A stretch of 7,111 bases of DNA. It comes from Octopus sinensis (lineage: Eukaryota). Positions 1 through 7,111 of the stretch are shown here, one piece after another. Within the stretch, counting starts at the first letter, position 1, and the number at the start of each line of letters is the position of its first letter. Position numbers and translations under genes: made by a program. The notes beneath the pieces were generated by a model. It saw nothing but the letters and a program-made list of their open reading frames with translations, had not been told where the DNA came from and searched no databases. The DNA is taken from contig NW_021828896.1 of assembly GCF_006345805.1 (NCBI RefSeq), forward strand, positions 1-7,111, written 5' to 3'.

Positions 1-68
1 CGTATGTGTTTATGCATGTGTGCGTACGTGCGTGCATATGTGTGTGTGTGTGTGCGCGCGAGTATGTA
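1..68. repeat. Degenerate (TG)n/(TGCG)n/(CG)n microsatellite
   Basis: Seen directly: alternating purine-pyrimidine run, tgtgtgtgtgtgtgtgcgcgcg. Confidence 0.85.
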
Positions 69-194
69 TAAAACTTTTACCTACGTCACTCCTACCATTC
101 CCATGCCCCCACTACCACTGAGGTCTGCCTCCGATGACAGCTGACCACTTAGTATCCTATAACACCTTTAAACGCTTCGCCCTTGAAGGCAGAT

Positions 195-381
195 GACCAT
201 CACCTTTAAACCACCCCCGCCATCTCACCACCTCTGCCCACTCACAAACAGATCACAGATGACCATTACTACTACCACCACTAGCACCACCACCATCATA
301 AGCAGCACACCCATCACTACCACCTTCATCACTAACACCATCCATCTAATCTCGATGACAGCACAGCCTATCATCATCACT
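195..381. repeat. Degenerate (CAC/CAT/ACT)n trinucleotide low-complexity tract
   Basis: Seen directly: accaccactagcaccaccaccatcat-type repeats. It explains the Thr/Ile-rich ORF at 193-405 and the Val/Met-rich ORF at 225-410. Confidence 0.75.
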
Positions 382-686
382 GACCGTTGGTCAATAGGCA
401 CATAAATCAATTAAGGGCGAAGCTGGAATCGGGGCTGGGAGGGGTGGCGGTTTGTGTTAACCAAAGGTGTTGACGGATCCAATGTCAAAGGAAAAACATA
501 AAAACATATATATATTATAACTGGCCAGTTAAGCCACACGACATAAATGTAGGTCACGTGCTTTATTTAATGTCTAAAGTCCAGCAGCGTAAATAAGATA
601 AGGTGTTCTAATCTGGTCACTTCCAGCCAGCTGCCAGGCCTCAGGCCTCCACAGTAGTAAGAGTTGTAATAGTGGGGGTAATGTTG

Positions 687-717
687 TTAGTAGTAGTAGT
701 AGTAGTATTAGTAGTAG
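687..717. repeat. (TAG)n microsatellite
   Basis: Seen directly: tagtagtagtagtagtagtattagtagtag. Confidence 0.9.
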
Positions 718-1092
718 CTGCCGCCGACTAGCCGCTGGTCAAGTGTTTCTTATTCTTTTGTATAGTCTGCTTTGCACCTCCCCAATACCACTCTCATCCA
801 CATCCCCCCAGTCATACAAAATGGGAGATCAAAGGTAGAAAAAAAAAAGCAAAATGAATTCTGAATGAGATTCACTTTCTAAATTTAATTTATATCTTTG
901 TCCACTCGACCACCACTCGCCTCTATGTCCCACCCCAACTATCCGCTACCCAGTACCCGGCTATGCACTTTCCCCCTGCTGCATGCGCACCTGTGGTCAT
1001 TTACTCCGTACTAAACTTGCTTGTATATCTATATGAGTATGGTGAACTGTTTCCGACTGCGATGTGCGTTTGTCTAGAGGCGGTGCGTGAGG

Positions 1093-1162
1093 ATACATAC
1101 ATACATGCAAACATACAAACATACATACATGCATGCATGCATGCATACATACATGCATACAT
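1093..1162. repeat. (TACA)n/(TGCA)n tetranucleotide microsatellite
   Basis: Seen directly. It includes a self-complementary (ATGC)n stretch at 1129-1146 and abuts the SINE 5' end. Confidence 0.9.
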
Positions 1163-1575
1163 GCAGGAGTGGTTGCGTGGTAAGTAGCTTGCTTACCAAC
1201 CACATGGTTCCGGGTTCAATTTCACTACGTGGTACCTTGGGCAAGTGTCTCTCTATAGCCTCGGGTCGACCAAAGCCTTGTGAGTGGATTTGGTAGACGG
1301 AAACAGAGAGAAGCCCGTCGTATATATATGTGTATGTGTGTGCGTGTGTGTATGTATGTATATGTTTGTGTGTCTGTGTTTGTCCTCCCACCATCGCTTG
1401 ACATCGATGTTGGTGTGTTTACGTCCCCGTAACTTAGCGGTTCGGCAAAAGTGACCGATAGAATAAGTACTAGGCTTAGAAAGAATAAGTCTCGGAGTCG
1501 ATTTGTTCGACTACAGGTAGTGCTCCAGCATGGCCGCAGTCAAATGACTGAAACAAGTAAAAGAACAAAAGAATA
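1163..1575 (+). mobile_element. Near full-length tRNA-derived SINE (family A), Octopus-type
   Basis: Pol III A-box-like TGGTTGCGTGG (1170-1180) and B-box-like GGTTCAATTTC (1213-1223); CORE-like CCTTGGGCAAGT after the tRNA head; internal (TA)/(TG) microsatellite at about 1321-1380; 3' hairpins agtcga/tcgact (1496-1512) and cagtc-aaat-gactg (1537-1550); A-rich tail. Homologous pieces recur at 1893-2012, 3187-3248 and 6844-6940. It resembles octopus tRNA-SINEs (OK/OR1/OR2 group); the exact family was not determined. Confidence 0.9.
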
Positions 1576-1577
1576 TT

Positions 1578-1684
1578 ATGTGCGTATACACACACGCGCA
1601 TACACACACATACACACACAGACGTACACACACACATAGAGCAATCTTTGTGTGTGTGCGTGTGTTTGTATGTGTGCGCGCGCG
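1578..1684. repeat. (CA)n followed by (TG)n/(CG)n compound microsatellite
   Basis: Seen directly: CA-rich at about 1587-1637, TG-rich at 1649-1676, ending in gcgcgcgcg. Confidence 0.9.
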
Positions 1685-1763
1685 TTGAGCAAAACAAAAA
1701 AAAATTAAAATCTTGAAGACAGGATGCAAGTTATTAATTCAGTGTCCAGAAATGGACAGATTC

Positions 1764-1806
1764 ATTTCTGACGATGTTTCGAACATTGTTCTTCATCAGA
1801 ATAAAG
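1764..1806 (-). ncRNA. Candidate minimal type I hammerhead ribozyme motif (Penelope-like element type), possibly degenerate
   Basis: The minus strand reads tttatt-CTGATGA-A-GAAC-aat-GTTC-GAAA-C-atc-G-TC-agaaa. The catalytic core is complete, with an extra A after A9, a 4-bp stem II, a 2-bp stem III and a GUC site. Stem I is weak (A-U, G-U, mismatch, A-U, A-U). Confidence 0.55.
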
Positions 1807-1892
1807 TGTAAAATAGACAAAGAGGAAGAAAAGTGAGGAGAAGCGAGAAAAAAGATTCCAAAATGATATAAATTAGTCATAGACTGATTTTC

Positions 1893-2012
1893 GTGCGGTT
1901 AAGAAGTTCGCTTCACAACCATGTCTTTGGGAGTTTAGTTCCACAAAGTGCGCGGGACTTTGGGCAAGTACCTTGTCGATAAATGACTCGTGAAGGAAAC
2001 CGAGGAATCTCC
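1893..2012 (+). mobile_element. Degenerate SINE family A head
   Basis: gtgcggttaagaagttcgcttcacaaccatg...gagtttagttccac...tttgggcaagt...ggaaaccgaggaa is colinear with 1174-1316 apart from an internal deletion, and is likewise followed by (TG)n. Confidence 0.75.
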
Positions 2013-2013
2013 T

Positions 2014-2016
<3 letters not shown>

Positions 2017-2047
<31 letters not shown>

Positions 2048-2071
2048 TTGTGTATGTATGCATGTATGTAT
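2017..2071. repeat. (TG)n/(TATG)n microsatellite
   Basis: Seen directly. Confidence 0.9.
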
Positions 2072-2078
2072 AAGAGAG

Positions 2079-2213
2079 CAGTGCATGCCATCAAAGTAAC
2101 AGTGAGGTAAAATATACGAAGCTCAATATACCCAACATGACTACCCATCTGATAAGGGTACATCAGGCATTTGCATCACCACGACATGTACGCGACATGG
2201 GTGATCTCATATC
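2079..2213. mobile_element. Probable interspersed repeat fragment (SINE/LINE 3' module)
   Basis: Complex-sequence island between microsatellites that ends in a nested hairpin (atcacc/ggtgat around catgt/acatg, 2175-2205). It resembles an octopus interspersed repeat from memory; there is no second copy in the window. Confidence 0.5.
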
Positions 2214-2271
2214 TATATATATATATATACAATATAAATATAAATATATTATATATATATATATAATATAT

Positions 2272-2304
<33 letters not shown>

Positions 2305-2337
2305 TATATAAATTATATATATATATATATATATATA
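2214..2337. repeat. Interrupted (TA)n microsatellite
   Basis: Seen directly. Confidence 0.95.
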
Positions 2338-2469
2338 CAGGTATATATATATTAGAAGAAATGAGGTACTCAGAAATCTGGATGGTTTTATATTTACAGA
2401 TATTTATCAGTAAATATAAAACCATCCAGATTTCTGAGTACCTCATTCTTCTAATATATAATACCTGTA
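2336..2469. repeat. 134-bp near-perfect palindrome (fold-back or MITE-like element)
   Basis: Perfect 38-bp arms at 2360-2397 and 2410-2447. Pairing extends outward to 2336/2469 with two single-base bulges (2345, 2359) and inward with one A/A mismatch. Termini are TA|CAGGT...ACCTG|TA. Confidence 0.92.
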
Positions 2470-2485
2470 CATCATCTCCAAACCT

Positions 2486-2489
<4 letters not shown>

Positions 2490-2529
<40 letters not shown>

Positions 2530-2541
2530 ATATACATGTAT
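2490..2541. repeat. (TA)n microsatellite
   Basis: Seen directly. Confidence 0.95.
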
Positions 2542-2668
2542 AAGAGTGTTTGTTATATATGTGTTTGTATAGAGTGTTTGGTGTGATGTACAGAAATTGA
2601 ATATTGAGAAAAAGTCGTCCGAATTTATTCTCATCCTTTGTCTGATTAGTTCACCAAACCTCGATTTT

Positions 2669-3106
<438 letters not shown>

Positions 3107-3186
3107 CCCTTCTCTCACCTTCCACTCCTCTCTCTCTATGTTTCTCACTCTCTCTCGTCCCTTGTATATATGGATGTATATATTAT

Positions 3187-3248
3187 TTTTACTTGTTTCA
3201 GTCATTTGACTGCGGCCATGCTGGAGCACCACCTTTAGTCGAACAAAT
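3187..3248 (-). mobile_element. 5'-truncated SINE family A 3' end
   Basis: The reverse complement matches 1501-1562 at 60 of 62 positions. Confidence 0.93.
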
Positions 3249-3253
3249 TTCTT

Positions 3254-3373
3254 AGGGTGGTGAATCGGTAGAGGTGACGAGCATAATATCTCATGATATT
3301 TTTTTCGACTCTTTAAGTTCAATTCTTGCCGAGATTTTTTTTCGTCCTTCGTCCTTTCGGTAAAATAGCATCA
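3254..3373 (+). mobile_element. Highly degenerate tRNA-derived SINE (family B)
   Basis: Head gggtggtgaatcggtaga and B-box-like aagttcaattct (3315-3326), followed by gccgag...tccttcgtcctttcgg...aaaatag. It is colinear with the copies at 5413-5617 and 6430-6600. Confidence 0.55.
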
Positions 3374-3674
3374 ATCCAGGGAGCTGGATTAGCAGGAATT
3401 GTTAAATTCTTTATATTCTGTTTTCAAATCCTTCTTTGAGTGGCAATCTTAATCCGTTGCCTGGTTTAATAGAACCACCGACTGGAACTCTGGATAACTT
3501 TAACCAGTTCCACTCTGTTGCAATGCTTCGATTTGAGCATGCCTTACCACTCTCCCTCCCTTTAGAGTGAGACTCTGCATCAAGTGACACGGGCGGTGCC
3601 TTTCCTTTCGACGAAAAGATAAGTAAACAAAAGAAGAAGAAAAATACAAACAACATGTGGGTCGGCAAATGGTC

Positions 3675-3827
3675 GAAGAAGAAGAAGAAGAAGAAGAAGA
3701 AGAAGAAGAAGAAGAAGAAGAAGAAGAAGAAAAAGAAGAAGAAGAAGAAGAAGAAGAAGAAGAAGAAGAAGAAGAAGAAGAAGAAGAAGAAGAAGAAGAA
3801 GAAGAAGAAGAAGAAGAAGAAGAAGAA
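3675..3827. repeat. (GAA)51 trinucleotide microsatellite with one G>A interruption
   Basis: 153 bp: 19 GAA, one AAA (3732-3734), 31 GAA. Confidence 0.98.
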
Positions 3828-4159
3828 TCAGTCCGAAGAATGAAAAACATAATGTTCTTTTGAAAACAACCCCATAATTTTCATATGAAGTGTGGACAAG
3901 AGTTTTGAAGTCAAAAGATGTGTGGGTGGATGTGGGTAGGTGTTGTTACGTCGGCAGTGGTTTAGGGGTGGTGGTGTAACCAAACAGGTAGTGGTCCCTT
4001 TCTGGACGGTTGGCGCCGTTCAACCATGGCTTACCTCAGCTTTGTCGGTTTGTTTAATGGGCGGGACAAATTGAGTGTCTCTTCTTTAAAGTCTCTTTCA
4101 CATGGAACAGACATTGGCGGTGATTAATGTATTAATGCACCGCCGCATCCAACTGGAAA

Positions 4160-4231
4160 ACACACATACTAATGCAGACACACAAACACACACACACACA
4201 CGCACGCACACACACAAACACACACACACCA

Positions 4232-4294
<63 letters not shown>

Positions 4295-4411
4295 TATGTC
4301 TCTTCTCTTCTTCTTTCTTTCTTTCCCTATCTCTCTCTATATATATGTCTATGTGTATGTGTGTGTACGTATGTACGTTCACACACATCGTATGTGCGTA
4401 AATTTTATATG

Positions 4412-4442
<31 letters not shown>

Positions 4443-4506
4443 CATTATATATGCATGTACATGTACATGTATATTCATATATAAACACACCTACACCCAT
4501 ACATAC

Positions 4507-4544
<38 letters not shown>

Positions 4545-4800
4545 GTTTGTCTGTCTGTCTGTCTATCTATTCACATATTCACACATACTTTTTTATGGTT
4601 ATAGCCATATGTATATATACGGATGTACGTATATATATATATATATTATATATATATGCATGTATGTATATACACACGCGCACGTGCACATGCATGTTAT
4701 TCATATATCCATGCATACGCACACACGCACACACACACACACGTATACTCAATCATGCATACATATATGCGCATGTGCAGCTAGATAGCTTGATATATAT
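4160..4800. repeat. Long compound microsatellite region (CA, TA, CT, TG, TATC, TGTC, TACA)
   Basis: Seen directly. It accounts for the 253-aa His/Thr/Tyr/Ile ORF and the overlapping ORFs. Confidence 0.93.
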
Positions 4801-5220
4801 TCCTCAAGATGTCGGTCGAGTAAACTGGACGGAAATCTTTAGTGTTATGCTGAAGAACAGGAAATTCTTCAATCATGCAGGAATTGGTGTCATTGAAGAA
4901 ACATGGAGTTGGTTCAGGGAATATGATGTCTGATGAAGCCAGCTCAAGTTGGTTACGGCTGACAAGAGACCGCAGACGGAACTCTTCTCCAGGCCAACAC
5001 TAATCCCGTCCTCACTGCCTTACTCAGGCGAAGCGTACATGCTATGGGGCGAAACCCTCGTGTGCCTGAGATACCAGCTGAAAATGCGCAAGGGTAGCCG
5101 ACACTGCGATGGGTTTAGAAGAGCTTGCAATTTTTCTGAGTAGCTTCCGTTGTGCCTGCCTGAGGTAAAGCATCTCCGATGTTCAATTCACCCGAAGCGA
5201 TGTGGATTTAGCTGACTTGT
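4801..5220. other. Unassigned GC/CpG-richer island, probably a transposon-derived segment with extensive predicted RNA structure
   Basis: 56% GC over 4981-5100 (67/120, hand count) against AT-rich flanks, with seven nested helices between 4976 and 5150. Transposon origin is an inference. Confidence 0.4.
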
Positions 5221-5412
5221 TTTGGTTATTAATTTATCTCAGAAAGCGATCAGAAAGTCATGGCGTCAACTGAGAGACTGCAGCAGTCAAATTAATTTTA
5301 ACTTGTAACTTGATAAAATTGAACAAAATAAAAACTAAATTTAAAATGTAGAAGCTTCGGGTAAATGTAAAATAAATCCTTTAAAGGTTATTCTCGAAGA
5401 AGATACAGCAAT

Positions 5413-5617
5413 AAATAATTCTTTCTAATTTCGGCACAAGACCAGGGGTACTGTTGATTCTATCAACTCCTATACTGGATTTTGGTGCTTTATTTTATTG
5501 ATACTGAACGCAGGAAAGTCACAATTCAGTTTCACAGGATTTGAACTCATAACGTAAGGGGTTGGAAGAAATGCCACATTCTGTCCGATGCGCTAACAAT
5601 TCCGCTGACGCGTCGCC
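5413..5617 (-). mobile_element. Degenerate tRNA-derived SINE (family B), roughly full length
   Basis: Minus strand: head ggcgacgcgtcagcggaattgttagcgcatcggac, B-box GAGTTCAAATCC (5548-5537), central gactttcctgcgttcagtatcaataaaataaagcaccaa, and 3' end cttgtgccgaaattagaaagaattatt. Confidence 0.75.
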
Positions 5618-6429
5618 GAAACAATAATGAATAGTAATATGTAATATTATTAATCATTATTATTGGGCCAAGAGTGGAAGGCCGAAGCGGGTGCCAGTAC
5701 CTCTGTCTGCTTGTCACTAAACAGACACCTAAAAAAACGAAAGCGTGGCACATATAACCAACCCATACTTGCTCGGGAGTGACGGATAAGTTGTTTTTTT
5801 TTTAAATAGAACTTTTTTTTTAATAAAAGTTTAAAACAATGTGGTTAGAATTCCAGATTAAAGACAATTCATTATACGGTTTTTTATGGTTTCATTATTT
5901 TTTATGATTTCATTTAAAGCACCGATGACCACATGAAGTACTCATAATGGCATTTGGCCATTATGAGCAGGTAGACCTATATCCACCATAGATAAGAGGG
6001 CAACGGCAGACAATCTTCTTCATCTTTAGATTAAAATCGGCAAAATGGATTAGACTCTAGGAAGGGATGGCGTTATGGTTCTCATAGACTTTCTGAGTCT
6101 GCTGAAATCAATGTAGTCAACATTTCTATTGAAATTCATTGTAAATTGACGGTTCCAAGAATACATGGACAGATATGTAATTCTAAAAGATTGACATGAT
6201 GGACCGGAAAATAAAGGAACTAGGGCGGTGGTTGATGTAGATCTAGAAGTGGGTGAACACCTGGCAGGTGGTGAAAGAAGGAGAGACGGAATGAGTCGGG
6301 AATGCTTGAGTGGAGGATCCGTGTCTGAGTAGTTTCGCAGAATTGAGATGCCTCAATAAAAATGGTAGAGTTCTGATACAGTACTGTTAATAATAATTTC
6401 CCTCCGTCCAAAATCGATTGTGAATAGCC

Positions 6430-6600
6430 TGCAGTATTTCCTTCGGCACTGTATGCTCTGAGTTCAAATTCCCCCAAGGTCAAATTTGAATTGAATTCTT
6501 CGGGGGTGGATGCATAGTACCAGTCAGCTTCTGAGGTCGATGGCACTGAGTATCACCCACCCGTCAAAACTGGTGACTGTGTCGAGTTCGGGAAGTGTTA
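6430..6600 (+). mobile_element. Degenerate SINE family B body
   Basis: gtatttc...ctGAGTTCAAATTC (6460-6471)...aggtcaaatttg...cttcgggggtggat...agtaccagt...ctgaggtcgat, in the same module order as the other family B copies. Boundaries are approximate. Confidence 0.65.
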
Positions 6601-6843
6601 CTGTTAACGGCAATAATGCTTTGGGGAAAGGCATACAGGCCTTATATTGCCAGTAACCGGTCTACCAAAACAAAATCTTTGTTCCTGGTCCAGAAAGTAT
6701 TTCCAGATAAACCTCTTCTACCAGGGTGTTTCGCCAAATAATATCGCCTTCATCGACACGTGAACAAATTGAATTACATTTATGTATCAAACGTATTGTC
6801 AGAGTAGAAAATAGATGGACGAGACGGGAGTTATATCTATCTG

Positions 6844-6940
6844 GTAGAAGACACTTGCCCAAGGTGCCACGGAGTGGGACTGAACCCTGCACCATGTGGC
6901 TTGGAAGTAAACTTCTTACTAATCAACTACGCCATCGCCT
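6844..6940 (-). mobile_element. SINE family A 5' head (3'-truncated)
   Basis: The minus strand agtaagaagtttacttccaagccacatggtgcaGGGTTCAGTCCCactccgtggcaccttgggcaagtgtcttcta aligns with about 1178-1255. Confidence 0.88.
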
Positions 6941-6991
6941 ATTGTTAGAAGTATCATTGTTAGAAGTATCATTGTTAGAAGTATCATTGTT
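6941..6991. repeat. Perfect 15-bp tandem repeat (ATTGTTAGAAGTATC) x3.4
   Basis: Identical units at 6941-6955, 6956-6970 and 6971-6985, plus a partial unit at 6986-6991. Confidence 0.95.
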
Positions 6992-7093
6992 GATGCTGTT
7001 CCTGATGCTGTTATAATTATTGTTGATGTTGTAGTTGTCACGTTTCATTTTTTTGGCTTACAATGTTGTTGATGTCACTGTTGGTGGATATTG
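6992..7093. repeat. Degenerate (TGT/TGA)n low-complexity tract
   Basis: Seen directly: tgttgatgttgtagttg, tgttgttgatg. Confidence 0.6.
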
Positions 7094-7111
7094 TACATTA
7101 CTTCTCTCTCT

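Noticed and set aside
1163-1235. tRNA gene
   Set aside because: A/B-box-like motifs are present, but there is no intact cloverleaf and the sequence runs directly into a SINE body.
963-2163. Short ORFs with recurring peptides (RGTLGKCL, HLTAAMLEH)
   Set aside because: They recur because they are translated SINE copies, not paralogous proteins.
3586-3599. Minus-strand gcaccgcccgtgtca resembling the SSU rRNA 1392 motif
   Set aside because: Only about 10 matching bases, with no flanking rRNA similarity.
3411-3640. Possible minus-strand exon after a polypyrimidine tract
   Set aside because: No recognisable domain, a weak AAG acceptor and only a marginal donor; it cannot be supported without RNA-seq.
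3500-3863. Poly-E, poly-K and poly-S ORFs
   Set aside because: Translations of a single-codon (GAA)n tract with no synonymous variation.
4172-4933. 253-aa ORF, the longest in the window
   Set aside because: About 80% is translated CA/TA/TATC microsatellite. The last roughly 40 aa only vaguely recall an RTE ORF2 C-terminus, with no diagnostic motif.
4930-5015. HDV-like or twister ribozyme assignment
   Set aside because: Partial resemblances exist (GTTGGTT/GGCCAAC, CTAA before TCCCGTC, GGTTAC). However, the HDV P1.1/P3/P4 elements and the twister AAGC loop and P2 partner are missing.
4930-5062. Hammerhead with a large stem II insertion (CTGATGA-A-GCC ... GGC-GAAA-C-cctc-GTG)
   Set aside because: Position 17 would be G (non-permissive), stem I cannot form, and the GGC is engaged in a local hairpin.
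5772-5880. Possible mariner-like terminal inverted repeat (cgggagtgacggataagtt followed by T-runs)
   Set aside because: No partner inverted repeat, TA duplication or transposase remnant was found in the window.
6220-6546. 108-aa minus-strand ORF as a gene
   Set aside because: The N-terminal part is antisense SINE B sequence and the remainder has no convincing domain.
6941-6991. CRISPR-like array
   Set aside because: Contiguous tandem units without spacers, in a eukaryotic context.

Overview
Non-coding, repeat-dominated eukaryotic DNA (intron or intergenic). The mix of very dense compound microsatellites (TA, CA/TG, TACA, TATC, GAA) and two tRNA-derived SINE families looks like an Octopus (coleoid cephalopod) genome; this is recognition from memory, not a database result. 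No credible protein-coding gene was found: the listed ORFs come from microsatellites or SINEs. SINE family A has one near-complete copy (1163-1575) and three fragments; SINE family B has three decayed copies. The non-routine observations are a minimal type I hammerhead ribozyme motif on the minus strand (1770-1799), typical of Penelope-like elements; a 134-bp near-perfect palindrome with TA-CAGG...CCTG-TA ends (2336-2469); an inverted 62-bp SINE-tail pair enclosing that palindrome (possible dsRNA/ADAR substrate); and an unassigned GC-rich island (about 4800-5220) that folds by eye into seven nested helices. I see no firm evidence for a new biological system; these are candidates to test.
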